DNA from: Methanobacteriota archaeon
Lineage (GTDB): Archaea > JAADCQ01 > Methanopyri > Methanopyrales > Methanopyraceae
Length of the DNA stretch: 64,000 nucleotides
Direction of reading: 5' to 3'
Assembly (NCBI GenBank): GCA_027064425.1
Contig: JAMOPO010000027.1
Coordinates: 64,001 to 128,000, forward strand
Shown: in pieces, positions 50,835 through 60,571 of the stretch
Layout of the letters: every line of letters begins with the position of its first letter
Position numbering within the stretch: the stretch's first letter is position 1
Notes under the pieces: generated by a model
Database searches by the model: none
Told to the model about the DNA's origin: nothing
Seen by the model: the letters and a program-made list of their open reading frames with translations, nothing else
Translations under genes and position numbers: made by a program

Positions 50835-51727
50835 ACGAGGCCGACGAGATCGCTGTCAGCCTGACGCTCGGCGCGCTGCTGGAGGTGTCCGGGTGGCCCA
50901 AGCCCGGGAACGTGCACCGGACGCGGGACCACGACGACACCCGGTTCGAGCACTTCCTGGCCAGCGCCGTGGCCGCCTACCCGGTGCTCAGGGAGCTGGC
51001 CGAGACGGCCGCGACGCGGGACCGAGTGCCGCTCGGCAGGTACCTTTACCGGGCCGTAAAGGCCTCCAGGTCCGCGCACACGGGCGGGAACACGAACCTC
51101 GGCATCCTCATCCTCGACACGCTGCTGGCGGCGGCACTGGCCCGCGCCTCGTTGCACCGGCGCGAGGTGCGGAGGGAGGCCCGCCGGCTGGCCCGGGCCA
51201 CCACGGAGGAGGACGCGTACTACCTCTACCGAGCGATCGCGCTCGCGGGGGCGGGCGGGCTGAAGCGGGTCCGGCGGGGTGACGCCCCGGACGTGAGCGA
51301 CCCGAGGCGCGTGCTGGAGGAAGGGATCACGATGTACGACGCGCTGAAGAGCTCCGCCGACCGGGACGCGGTGGCCGAGGACTGGGTGAACGGGCTGAAG
51401 CGGACCCTCCGGGTAGGCCTACGGGTGATGGACTTAATGGCCGAGTACGGGGACGTGAACGAGGCCGTCGTCCGGGCCTTCCTGGAGGAGCTGGCCCGCC
51501 GTCCCGACACGCTGATTTGGCGGAAGCACGGGCTGAGGACGGCGCTGGAGGTCTCGCGGCGGGCGCGGGAGGTGCTGGAAAGCGCGGGGGACGACCCCGT
51601 CACGCAGCGTCGGGAGCTGCGGCTGCTCGACGAGGAGCTGCACGCGCGTGGGATCAACCCTGGGTCCACTGCGGACATCCTCGCGGCGGGGCTGGGGTAC
51701 GCGTGCCGGTTGGGGATGAGGCCGTAG
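50831..51727 (+). CDS. citG: Triphosphoribosyl-dephospho-CoA synthase-like protein
   Basis: LEVSGWPKPGNVHR, NTNLG, PDTLI..KHG, NPGSTAD. Confidence 0.85.
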   Translation: MNEADEIAVSLTLGALLEVSGWPKPGNVHRTRDHDDTRFEHFLASAVAAYPVLRELAETAATRDRVPLGRYLYRAVKASRSAHTGGNTNLGILILDTLLAAALARASLHRREVRREARRLARATTEEDAYYLYRAIALAGAGGLKRVRRGDAPDVSDPRRVLEEGITMYDALKSSADRDAVAEDWVNGLKRTLRVGLRVMDLMAEYGDVNEAVVRAFLEELARRPDTLIWRKHGLRTALEVSRRAREVLESAGDDPVTQRRELRLLDEELHARGINPGSTADILAAGLGYACRLGMRP

Positions 51728-52395
51728 TCCTCGCCCGGGTCCTCTCCTGCCCGGAGCTCTTCGACGTGGAGTCCGTGGAGGAGGCCGAAGAGGTGGCGCG
51801 GAAGCTAGTGGAGGGGGAGCTCGAGCCCCCGCTGGAGTTCTTCGGCCTGAGGTCGGAGGCCGTCAACGAGGTGCTCGCGGTCACCGAGGGGCCCGAGGGG
51901 CGGAACGTCGCCCCGCTCGGGCTGCGCGTGTTCAACGGGGAGCTTGGCGCGGTCCTGTACCCCGGATCGCGGACCCGAAGGAACTTCGAGGAAACGGGGC
52001 GGATGGTGGCCTGCGTGAACCCGAACCCGGTTGACTTCCTTCGCGCCCTTTTCGACGAGCTCCCGATCAGGGAGTGCGGCGGCGTGCCCGTGGCGGAGGG
52101 AACGCGCGCTTTCCTGGTCCTCGAACGGGTCCGGGAGTCAGGGGGAGGCGACGACCCCCTGCGGGTTGAGCTCGAGCCGGTCGACTGGGGGCTGCTGCAC
52201 CCGCGTCCCCGGGCTCTGGTGCGAGGTGAGGGGGCGCTGGTGGAGGCGCTCGTGGAGTTCACCCGCCTCCACCTCGGTGAGAGCCACGCGCGGAGGTGCC
52301 GGGAGGCGCTGGAGGTGGTCAAGAGGACGGTCGGAAGCCGGGAGTACAGGGAGGCGGTGAAGAGGTTGGAGGAGCGGCTGGGGGCCCGGTCTTGA
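51703..52395 (+). CDS. DUF447 family protein
   Basis: NVAPLG, YPGSRT..N, RGEGALVEALVEFTRL; GTG 51703 tentative. Confidence 0.75.
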   Translation: MPVGDEAVVLARVLSCPELFDVESVEEAEEVARKLVEGELEPPLEFFGLRSEAVNEVLAVTEGPEGRNVAPLGLRVFNGELGAVLYPGSRTRRNFEETGRMVACVNPNPVDFLRALFDELPIRECGGVPVAEGTRAFLVLERVRESGGGDDPLRVELEPVDWGLLHPRPRALVRGEGALVEALVEFTRLHLGESHARRCREALEVVKRTVGSREYREAVKRLEERLGARS

Positions 52396-53672
52396 GGGTC
52401 ATCCGAATCCCCGTGCACGGGTTCGTGGAGGTCGACGGAGCCTGCGAGAAGGTGCTCGATTCCCCGGAGGTGCAGCGGCTGCGGCGGGTACGCCAGCTGG
52501 GCCTGGCCGAGCTGGTGTACCCGGGCGCGACGCACACCCGGCTGGAGCACAGCTTAGGGGTGAAGTGCCTCTGCGACCGGGTCCTGGAGATTCACTGGGA
52601 GCGGCTGAGGCGCGACGTCCCGGAGGTCGGCCGGTTCTCCCGCGATTACGTCGAAGAGGTGCTGGGCCTGGCGGGCCTTCTCCACGACGTCGGCCACCCG
52701 CCGTTCTCGCACGTGCCGGAGCCACTGCTGGAGGAGGAGCTGGGGGTCGATCACGAGGACATCGGCGCCGCGGTGGCGCGGGTGGTGCTGGAGCGGGTGG
52801 ACGTGATGGACCCGGAGGCGGTGGTGGAGATCGCGTTCGGGCCGGGTGAGGGTTGGACGCGGCTGCTTCACCAGGTCATCGCCGGGGACCTCGGCGTGGA
52901 CCGGCTGGACTACCTCGTCCGGGACTCGCTGCACGCCGGGGTGGAGTACGGTCGGATCGAGCTGGACCGGGTGCTTCACACGCTGGAGCTGGGCGAGCGG
53001 GTCACGGTGCACGGGAAGGGGGTGGAGGCGGCGGAGTCCGTGCTGGTCGCGCGGTACCACATGTACCGGACGGTGTACTTCCACAAGACCTGCCGGGCCG
53101 GGGACGCGATGCTCCTCCGGGCGATCCGGCTGGCGGCCGACGACGGGCACCTGGACCTGCGCGCCTTCGATCCGAAGCGGCTGCTGAGGAAGGAGGACGC
53201 GATGTCCGCGTTCCTGGAGATGGATGACTGCAAGCTCATGCACGAGCTGTTGGAGCACCCGGAGAGCCGGGAGCTGGTGGAGGGACTTCGCGCGCGTCGG
53301 CTGTACAAGTGCGTGGCCGAGTACAAGGCCTCCGAGGAGCCGGCGCACGGGGAGCTGATGCGGTGGGCGGAGGAGGTGTCGGAGGAGCACCTCGGGGACC
53401 CGAACGGCGTCCTGCTGGACTCGTCGAAGATCGTGCCGTACGATCCCTCCTCGGACGAGGTCATCGTGCGGACCGAGGACGGGGAGGTCCCGCTGTCCGA
53501 GGTGTCGGACCTCGTGCGGACGCTGAGGGAGCGGGCGGAGCGGGAGATCCCCACGCTCCGGGTGTACGTGAGGCCGGAGATTCGGGACGACGAGGAGGTC
53601 GTCCGGAGGATCGTGGAGGACGTGAAGTCCGCGGTCCCGCCGGCCGGGGAGGGTTCGTTACGAACCTCGTAA
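52392..53672 (+). CDS. HD-domain phosphohydrolase (COG1078/SAMHD1-like)
   Basis: QRLRRVRQLG..VYPGATHTRLEHSLG, LLHDVGHPPFSH, DRLDYLVRD, MYRTVYFH. Confidence 0.92.
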   Translation: MRVIRIPVHGFVEVDGACEKVLDSPEVQRLRRVRQLGLAELVYPGATHTRLEHSLGVKCLCDRVLEIHWERLRRDVPEVGRFSRDYVEEVLGLAGLLHDVGHPPFSHVPEPLLEEELGVDHEDIGAAVARVVLERVDVMDPEAVVEIAFGPGEGWTRLLHQVIAGDLGVDRLDYLVRDSLHAGVEYGRIELDRVLHTLELGERVTVHGKGVEAAESVLVARYHMYRTVYFHKTCRAGDAMLLRAIRLAADDGHLDLRAFDPKRLLRKEDAMSAFLEMDDCKLMHELLEHPESRELVEGLRARRLYKCVAEYKASEEPAHGELMRWAEEVSEEHLGDPNGVLLDSSKIVPYDPSSDEVIVRTEDGEVPLSEVSDLVRTLRERAEREIPTLRVYVRPEIRDDEEVVRRIVEDVKSAVPPAGEGSLRTS

Positions 53673-53683
53673 CAATTCGGGGG

Positions 53684-53773
53684 CGGCCGCCGCGGGGAAT
53701 TGAACCCCGCGCCCCGTATCGGGGCGCGCCGGATCTGAAGTCCGGCCCGGGGACCACCCCGGTGGCGGCGGCC
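53684..53773 (-). tRNA. selC: tRNA-Sec (anticodon UCA)
   Basis: GGCCGCCGC 9-bp acceptor, extended D stem CCGGGG/CCCCGG, anticodon arm CCGGAC-TTCA-GATCCGG, long variable arm, 4-bp T stem GGGG-TTCAATT-CCCC, G discriminator. Confidence 0.96.
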
Positions 53774-53805
53774 TGACGGGCGGGCCCGTCCGAACCCGGG
53801 ATAAG

Positions 53806-53826
53806 ACCGGTATTAAGGGGTTTCGC
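53806..53826 (-). promoter_or_regulatory. BRE/TATA promoter for selC (possibly bidirectional with nth)
   Basis: Minus strand GCGAAACCCCTTAATACC about 40 nt upstream of the tRNA 5' end. Confidence 0.6.
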
Positions 53827-53843
53827 GGGCCGGGGGGAGAGCT

Positions 53844-54488
53844 GTGAACCCGGTGATGCGGATCGTGGAGCTTTACGAGGACCACCCGATCATGGAGCGG
53901 CTGGACCGACGTGAGGACCCGTTCCGCGTCCTCATCCGCACGATCATCTCCCAGCGGACCCGGGACACGGTGACCCGCCGCGTGTCTGAGCGCTTCTTCG
54001 AGCGCTTCGACGGGCCCGAGGACGTGATCGAGGCGGATCTCGAGGAGATCCAGGAGATCCTCCGGGGGGCCGGATTATACCGGCAGAAGGCCCGGTGGAT
54101 CAGGGCGTGCTGCGAGCGGATCGTGAGTGAGGGTATCGACCTTAGCGAGGTGGTCCGCCGCCCGGTCGAGGAGGCCAGGGAGACGCTGCTCGACCTGCCC
54201 GGCGTGGGTCCCAAGACCGCTGACGTGGTCCTGCTGTTCGCCGGTGGGCACGACATCTGCCCGGTGGACGTGCACGTGCGGCGGATCGTCGGGCGGCTGG
54301 GGCTGGTCGACTCCCGGGACTACGACGACGTGCAGCGGGCCGTGCATGAGGCGGTTCCGGAGGGGAAACGAGGAAAAGCTCACCTCGCCCTCATACAGTT
54401 CGGCCGTGAGATATGCAGGTCGGAGCCCAAGTGCGAAGCCTGCCCAGTCCGTCCCCTTTGCCCGACCGGAGGTGGTGAGCGCGGTTGA
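53844..54488 (+). CDS. nth: Endonuclease III (HhH-GPD, 4Fe-4S)
   Basis: IISQRTRD, LPGVGPKTA, PVDVHV, CRSEPKCEACPVRPLC. Confidence 0.92.
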   Translation: MNPVMRIVELYEDHPIMERLDRREDPFRVLIRTIISQRTRDTVTRRVSERFFERFDGPEDVIEADLEEIQEILRGAGLYRQKARWIRACCERIVSEGIDLSEVVRRPVEEARETLLDLPGVGPKTADVVLLFAGGHDICPVDVHVRRIVGRLGLVDSRDYDDVQRAVHEAVPEGKRGKAHLALIQFGREICRSEPKCEACPVRPLCPTGGGERG

Positions 54489-56971
54489 GCGTGAAGGCCG
54501 TCTACGAGGAGCTCCGGGAGGTCGTGCTCGAGAAGCTGGACAAGGGAGAGGACCCAATACCGCAAATTCTCGGCCAGGACGAGGTCAAAATGCACGTTCT
54601 CTCCGCGCTGATTGCGGGCCGACACGTGCTCATCGAGGGTCCGCCCGGGGTGGGCAAGACCACGCTGGCCCGGGCCATCGCCGACCTGCTGCCGCCGGCC
54701 GAGGCGGTGAAGGGGTGCCCGTTTCACTGTCACCCGGAGGATCCCGTGTGCCCGCTCTGCAAGTCGAAGCCGAAGGACGAGCTCGAGACCGAGGTCATCC
54801 CGGGCCGGGAGCGGTTCGTGCGGATCCAGGGCAGCCCCGACCTAACGCCGGAGGACCTGCTGGGCGACATCGACCCCGTGGCCGCCCTCAAGTACGGGCC
54901 CACCGACCCCCGCGCGTTCACACCGGGCAAGCTGCTGCGAGGTAACCGCGGCGTCGTCTTCTTCGACGAGATCAACCGGTGCCCCGAGAAGCTGCAGAAC
55001 GCGCTCCTTCAGGTTCTGGAGGAGCAGCGGGCCACCATCGCGGGGTACGAGGTGGACTACCCGGCCAACTTCATCATGATCGCGACGATGAACCCGCACG
55101 AGTACGCGGGCACCGAGGAGCTCTCCGAGGTTCTGCTGGACCGCTTCGACACCGTTGAGATGACCTACCCGAAGTCCAAGGAGGTCGAGAAGCAGATCGT
55201 CGTCGAGCGCGGGAAGGACCTGGACGTGGAGGTCCCGGAGCACGTGCTCGAGTTCATCGTTGACCTCGTCAGGGCCACCCGGGAGCACGAGGAGATCGAG
55301 CGGCCGGCGAGCGTCCGGGCCACGATCGGGCTGTACGAGCGGGCCCAGGCCCACGCGGCCCTCGAGGGCCGGTCCGAGGTCGAGATCCAGGACGTCGTGC
55401 AGGTGGCCCCCTCCGTGCTGAAGAAGCGCATCAAGCTGAGCCCACGCGTCCAGCACGTCAAGTCGGAGGAGGAGGTGATCCTGGAGATCATCCGCGAGCT
55501 GCTGGAGGAGAACTACGACATCAAGCTCGAGCAGCTCGACGTCGATCTGGGCGAGGGGGAGGGAAAGGAGGAGGCGGGAAAAGGGAGCCGGGGAAAGGAG
55601 CCTGAGGAGCGGCGCGGGCAGCGGGTGAGGGCTCGCAAGGAGGAGAGTGGGGAGGAGAGTAGTGGGCGGAGCTCCCAGGGCCGATCGAGGGTCCGATCGC
55701 TCGGGTCAACGTCGGCGGCATCGTCCGAGGCCTCGGGCGCGGGCGGCGGGTCCGGGGTCGAGGCGGAAGCCGAGGAAGTCGCCGGGGAGGAGGGTCACCG
55801 TTCGAGCCGCGGCAGGCTGCGTTTCCAGCACCTGACGAAGCGGGATCAGCTGAGGTACGTCGAGGGCGACGAGCGGTACGTGTTCTCGGCCCGGGTGCTC
55901 CGCAGCCTCCTGAACCGGGGAATCGAGTACCTGCGTCCCCATCAGCTCGCGGAGTCGCTGGTCGTGAGCGCGGCTCACATCAAGAGCAAGTACGGGCGCG
56001 AGTTCATCGAGGATATCACCGGGTACGATTACGAGGTGATCGTGCAGCGCCAGCACGACTACTCGTTCATCGACGAGCTCGAGGAGCGCATCCGAGAGCG
56101 TCTCAAGATCCTGGAGGAGCTCGGGTTCATTCGACCCTCCTACCAGGGCGGCGTAAGCATCACGCTGAAGGGCAAGGAGCTGGCGGCCTTCTCCGCGTTG
56201 ATCGAGGAGCTCGAGGCGTTCGAGGGCGAGGAGTTCGGGCACCACGCGTCCAAGCGGCTGAGCGCGCACGGAACGGGGCACCGAGGACACGTCCGCGAGT
56301 ACCGGCGCGGCGATCCGTACAGCAGTATCGACGTGAGGAAGTCCATCCGGACGTCGGTCCGGCGGGGCCGGAAGAAGGTGCTCCCGGAGGACCTTCGAGC
56401 CTGCGATCGGGAGGAGGAGGTCGGTATCGACATCGTCTACGCGATCGACACGTCCGGCAGCATGGCGGGCGACCGGATCGACGCGGCCAAGCGGGCGGCG
56501 ATCGCCCTCACGCACTTCAGCCTCAGGCACCAGGACCGGGTGGGAATCGTTGAGTTCAACTCCAAGGCTCGAGTGGTCACCGACATCACGTCGGACATCG
56601 AGAAGATCATCACGGAGGTGATCTCTCTGAAGCCTGGCGGGGCCACCGACATCGGGGACGCCATCCGCGTGGGCGTGAAGCTGTTCGAGCGGTGCGGGGA
56701 GCGGGACCGGGACTGGCACATGATACTGCTCACGGACGGGGTTCCGACGAAGGGCGAGCCGGACCCGGAGAGCAAGGCCGTGTCCGAGGCGATCGCGGCT
56801 GCCCGGCGCGGCATCACCATCTCCACGATCGGGATCCGGCTGCCCCGGGAGGGCAGGCGCCTCATCGAGCAGATCGCCAGCATCACGGGCGGTCGGTCGT
56901 ACCACATAGCGAGCCCGGAAGAGCTGACGCTGGTCACGCTCAACGAGTACAGGCGGGCGAAGATCAGTTGA
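54485..56971 (+). CDS. ChlI/MoxR-type AAA ATPase fused to a vWA domain (ChlI-ChlD-like)
   Basis: EGPPGVGKTT, GCPFHC..CPLC, DEINR..QNALLQ, ATMNP, LDRF; low-complexity linker; MIDAS DTSGSM, GGATD, LTDG. Confidence 0.88.
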   Translation: MSVKAVYEELREVVLEKLDKGEDPIPQILGQDEVKMHVLSALIAGRHVLIEGPPGVGKTTLARAIADLLPPAEAVKGCPFHCHPEDPVCPLCKSKPKDELETEVIPGRERFVRIQGSPDLTPEDLLGDIDPVAALKYGPTDPRAFTPGKLLRGNRGVVFFDEINRCPEKLQNALLQVLEEQRATIAGYEVDYPANFIMIATMNPHEYAGTEELSEVLLDRFDTVEMTYPKSKEVEKQIVVERGKDLDVEVPEHVLEFIVDLVRATREHEEIERPASVRATIGLYERAQAHAALEGRSEVEIQDVVQVAPSVLKKRIKLSPRVQHVKSEEEVILEIIRELLEENYDIKLEQLDVDLGEGEGKEEAGKGSRGKEPEERRGQRVRARKEESGEESSGRSSQGRSRVRSLGSTSAASSEASGAGGGSGVEAEAEEVAGEEGHRSSRGRLRFQHLTKRDQLRYVEGDERYVFSARVLRSLLNRGIEYLRPHQLAESLVVSAAHIKSKYGREFIEDITGYDYEVIVQRQHDYSFIDELEERIRERLKILEELGFIRPSYQGGVSITLKGKELAAFSALIEELEAFEGEEFGHHASKRLSAHGTGHRGHVREYRRGDPYSSIDVRKSIRTSVRRGRKKVLPEDLRACDREEEVGIDIVYAIDTSGSMAGDRIDAAKRAAIALTHFSLRHQDRVGIVEFNSKARVVTDITSDIEKIITEVISLKPGGATDIGDAIRVGVKLFERCGERDRDWHMILLTDGVPTKGEPDPESKAVSEAIAAARRGITISTIGIRLPREGRRLIEQIASITGGRSYHIASPEELTLVTLNEYRRAKIS

Positions 56972-58032
56972 CGGTGGTAGGGGTCGTCGCGGCCTCTGAG
57001 CTGGCGGAGCGGGAGGTCCTGAGGGAGGCCGAGCGGCGACTGAGGGAGCTGGGGCTGGACGGTGTCGAGACCGTCACCGACCCGGAGGATGTGCCCGACG
57101 ATCCCGCGGTCGTCCTGGTCGCCACCGGTGGAACGGAGGACATCTTGGAGTCGATGATGGAGGAGTGTCCGGCCCTGCTCCCACTGTACTGGCCGTCCTA
57201 CAACTCGCTCGCCGCCGCGGTCGAGGTCGGCCTGTCGCCGGTGAGCGTGGAGGGTTGCGACGCCGTGGTCGAAGCCTTCCGGCGGCTCGTTGAGCGGAGA
57301 GTGCTCGTGCTGGAAGGCAAGTGCAGGTGGGTTCGGAGCGAGGAGCCGGATGAGTTGCCCTACCTGAACGTGGCCACCGTGAACGTGGACGACCTCGGTG
57401 AGGTCGAGCCCGCGATCCGGAAGGTTAAGCGCCTGCTTTCCTCGGCGGGCGTCGACCCGGGGAGCTTGGATGAGGAGTTCCTGGAGCTGGCGGGACGGTT
57501 GCACGCGCTGGCCGAACGTGAGGGCGCGGACGTGATCACGGGCGACTGCTTTGGCCTGTACGAGGAGTACGGCGCGGTGCCCTGTCTCTACTTCTCGGCT
57601 CGGACCGGGTACTGCTGCGAGGGGGACGCGACCGCGCTCCTTACCGTGCTGGCCTGTCGGGATCAGCCGTTCGTCGCCAACGTGGTGGAGCTCGCCGAGG
57701 ACCGGGTGCGGCTGGCTCACTGCGCCTGCCCGGTGGAGCTCGTGGACGACCCCCGGCCCTGCGATCACATGGAGACCGGGGCGCCCCACGCGGTCCGGGG
57801 CACCGTCCGTTCGGGCGAGCTCGGGCTGGTCAGGTTCCCGGACGTGTGGCGCGTCGAGGCCGTGGAGACGGAGTGGCGGGAGGATCAGTGCCGGGTCCAG
57901 GCGGAGGTGGTCGTCGGCGAGGGGTTCAGGCCCCGGGGGAACCACCACTGCCTGGTGCGGGTGAAGGAGGCTGAGGTCCTCGAGCGGCTGTTCTCGTCGG
58001 TGGTACTGTCGCGGTCGCCGTCAGCCGAGTGA
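56968..58032 (+). CDS. L-fucose isomerase-like protein
   Basis: ATGGTE, NSLAAA.E, CF..PCL, CEGD, AHC, CRVQ, GNHH; TTGA-coupled to the AAA-vWA gene. Confidence 0.7.
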   Translation: MTVVGVVAASELAEREVLREAERRLRELGLDGVETVTDPEDVPDDPAVVLVATGGTEDILESMMEECPALLPLYWPSYNSLAAAVEVGLSPVSVEGCDAVVEAFRRLVERRVLVLEGKCRWVRSEEPDELPYLNVATVNVDDLGEVEPAIRKVKRLLSSAGVDPGSLDEEFLELAGRLHALAEREGADVITGDCFGLYEEYGAVPCLYFSARTGYCCEGDATALLTVLACRDQPFVANVVELAEDRVRLAHCACPVELVDDPRPCDHMETGAPHAVRGTVRSGELGLVRFPDVWRVEAVETEWREDQCRVQAEVVVGEGFRPRGNHHCLVRVKEAEVLERLFSSVVLSRSPSAE

Positions 58033-59643
58033 CCCTCGCATGCGACCCATCTCGAGCAGGAGGTCGCGGACGAAGGGGTTGACCTCCTCGACGCCGCCCT
58101 CCGCGACCACGTATCGCAGGTAGGGTTCCAGCGTATGGACCAGGTTCTGGTACTCGAAGTCGGACGGTGGCTCGAGGTCGAGGTACTCGACGCAGTACTC
58201 CAGGTCCGCGTTCACCATGGACACGCCGGAGGTGGGCAGGACGGACCCGGCCGTCTCCAGGAAGGTGTGCTGGACCGCGAACTGCAGGTCCTCGCGGAGC
58301 ATCGGGTACAGCCGGGAGATCACGGCGTCCAGGGCGTCCTCGCCCAGGCGCTCCTCCACCTCGGCGAGTCCCCGGCCGGTGCCGATGAGCTCGGGCGGCA
58401 TCCCAACGGTGTAACACGCGCCGGTGAACTTGATCGCTCGTGGCAGCTCCGGCAGCTTCTCGACGCGCATTCGCCGGAGCTCTCGGTAGAGCTCGCGCCC
58501 CACGTCGTCGTTCACCTGCTTGCAGAGCTTCCCGACCTTGTCCGGCTCGGGGATGTCCCGGGCGTAGCCGACGGGTCCCTTACGGGCGAGCCGGTCCCGG
58601 GTGTTGGGGATTAGGTCCGAGATGATGTTGAGCGTGCCGATGCACCGGTAGAAGACGCTCAAGTAGTGCTTCACGAAGATCCCGGTCGCGAGGATCAGGT
58701 ACTCGACCTCGTCGTCTGAGAGCTCGATCGGCTCGTTGGCGGCGAGGTCGTTGATTCGGCGGATGGACCGGATGACCTCGTCCTCGTCGTGGTCGTACCG
58801 GAACCCGGACTGGATGGTGTACGTGGCCGCGCCGGCGTACTCCTCGGTGAAGTCGTCCTCCGCGCCCGGCTTGATGTGTCCGCGGAAGGGCAGGCAGCCG
58901 CCGCCCAGGATGGGGGCCATCGGGATCCCGAGCTCGTCCGCGAGCTCGTAAACCTGGAAGATCGCGTACTTGCAGGCCAGCACGGCCGGGACGTGACCGT
59001 AGGACAGGGCCGGATCGGAGCGCCCGATAAAGACTCGGAGGTAGCTGACGTCCATCCCGATGTCGCGCATCCCGTTGATGTACCCTTTCAGGATGCTGCG
59101 GATGGTCAGGAGCTCGGGCACCTCCTCGATGAGCGGGATGATGCGCAGGTGGCCCGCGCTCAGCGGGATGTCCAGCTCGCGGGAGGCGAACCGCCGGGCG
59201 TAGGATATGCGGTCCGCGGTGTCCAGCAGCTCCTCCGGGGAGGAGGTCATCGGGTGGACGACCTCGAAGATTCCTCGAGCGTCGGGATCCTCCTTAAGCA
59301 GCTCCGAGTTGGCCTCCATCACGCCCAGCAGCGCCTGGATCTGGCGGAGGACGTTCTCCTTCGACGCGCTCGGCACGCGGACGATCACGAACTTATCCTC
59401 GCCGACCTCGACGCCCGCCTCGTGCAGCTCCATGAGCACCTGGATGGGCTGCAGGTAGGGCGTGAGCTTGCCCTCGAAGTCGATCATGTACTCCTCAGCG
59501 TCGTACTTCGTGAGACACTCGACGGCCTCCTCGGGCTCCTCCTGAACCCGCACGGACTTGGTCGCGTCCGGGTGTTGCGTCGCGAGCGTCCGCGCGATCC
59601 TCGCCTCGCGTACCCTCTCCACCTCTCTCACGACCTCGTTCAA
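58021..59643 (-). CDS. ppcA: Archaeal phosphoenolpyruvate carboxylase
   Basis: RTLATQHPD, DFEGK, IPLIE, RVFIGRSDPALSYG, GCLPFRG, TIQSGFRYD, LPRAIKFTG, RGSLG. Confidence 0.95.
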   Translation of the reverse strand: MNEVVREVERVREARIARTLATQHPDATKSVRVQEEPEEAVECLTKYDAEEYMIDFEGKLTPYLQPIQVLMELHEAGVEVGEDKFVIVRVPSASKENVLRQIQALLGVMEANSELLKEDPDARGIFEVVHPMTSSPEELLDTADRISYARRFASRELDIPLSAGHLRIIPLIEEVPELLTIRSILKGYINGMRDIGMDVSYLRVFIGRSDPALSYGHVPAVLACKYAIFQVYELADELGIPMAPILGGGCLPFRGHIKPGAEDDFTEEYAGAATYTIQSGFRYDHDEDEVIRSIRRINDLAANEPIELSDDEVEYLILATGIFVKHYLSVFYRCIGTLNIISDLIPNTRDRLARKGPVGYARDIPEPDKVGKLCKQVNDDVGRELYRELRRMRVEKLPELPRAIKFTGACYTVGMPPELIGTGRGLAEVEERLGEDALDAVISRLYPMLREDLQFAVQHTFLETAGSVLPTSGVSMVNADLEYCVEYLDLEPPSDFEYQNLVHTLEPYLRYVVAEGGVEEVNPFVRDLLLEMGRMRGSLG

Positions 59644-59671
59644 GGCGCGAGGGCCCGATGGGGAGGGCGGG

Positions 59672-60571
59672 TCAGGCGCTCAAAATGTTACTCCCCAGCG
59701 CCTTCCTGACCTCCTCCACGTGCTCCGGATCCCAGTCTACGCGATCCAGCTCCCTCTCCATCTTGGACAGCGTGCGCTCGTCCGTCAGCGGGCCCGACCA
59801 GACGTAGCCCACCCCGGGCTCCCGGCGCAGGTTTTCGAGGGCCCGGTTCGCGTACGATTTACCCCGACGACACTCCAGACAGACCCGAACGCGCAGCCTC
59901 GGCTCCACGAGGCAGTACCGGGGGAACGCCCCCACGTCGACCGAGGCGGCCAGGCGCACGAGGGTGCCCACGATGGCGCGCGCCTCGAGCTCCGGGTCCC
60001 GCTCCTGGAGGGGCCCCTCGAGAAGGTACTTCCGCCGGGCGGCTGGGGTGTAGAGCGACTCCAGGTCCGTGGCCGTGAGGTGGACGTACCCGTCCCCCAC
60101 GCCTCGAAACGCGACCTGAGCGAACGGAACGGGGGACCCGTGCACGTCCAAGTCCACCGCGTCGAGGTCGAAGCTGGCCAGGACGATCGCCGCGTCGTGA
60201 CAGTAGACCTGCGCCTTGAGACCATGCCTTCGCACGTTCATCCGCGCGACGCGGCAGGCGAGCGGGTTCACGTCGGACAGCACGGACTCCTCGACGCCCG
60301 CCTCGAGGTGCAGGCGAACGGCCCGCGCCCCCACACCGCAGAACACGTCTCCGAACCGGGAGATCCGATTCACCCGGTGAAACAGCACCAGGATCGACCG
60401 GTTCACCGCGGCGTTCGGGGCGAAGGCGATCGGGGAGTCCTTGGAGGGGAGGCCGCCCTCGCAGTACCGGTTAGGGTCGGGGACGTAGAACTCCGACGAT
60501 CCCTCCCGGTAAAGGACGAGATCAGCGCCTGCGACCCTCTTCACCCCTCCGTCGGTCCTCACCCTCATCAT
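59672..60571 (-). CDS. Short tRNA (guanine-26-N2) methyltransferase-like protein
   Basis: Trm1 motifs: YREG, F.P...NR, DVFCGVGARAVR, DLDVHGSP, TATD, WSGPL; lacks the usual Zn-finger/C-terminal region; start uncertain. Confidence 0.72.
   Translation of the reverse strand: MMRVRTDGGVKRVAGADLVLYREGSSEFYVPDPNRYCEGGLPSKDSPIAFAPNAAVNRSILVLFHRVNRISRFGDVFCGVGARAVRLHLEAGVEESVLSDVNPLACRVARMNVRRHGLKAQVYCHDAAIVLASFDLDAVDLDVHGSPVPFAQVAFRGVGDGYVHLTATDLESLYTPAARRKYLLEGPLQERDPELEARAIVGTLVRLAASVDVGAFPRYCLVEPRLRVRVCLECRRGKSYANRALENLRREPGVGYVWSGPLTDERTLSKMERELDRVDWDPEHVEEVRKALGSNILSA

Noticed and set aside
53658-53885. Short ORFs overlapping the HD-nth spacer
   Set aside because: Region is occupied by tRNA-Sec and its promoter
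55550-55800. Purine-rich low-complexity stretch
   Set aside because: In-frame disordered linker of the AAA-vWA protein; no intein motifs or mobile-element ends
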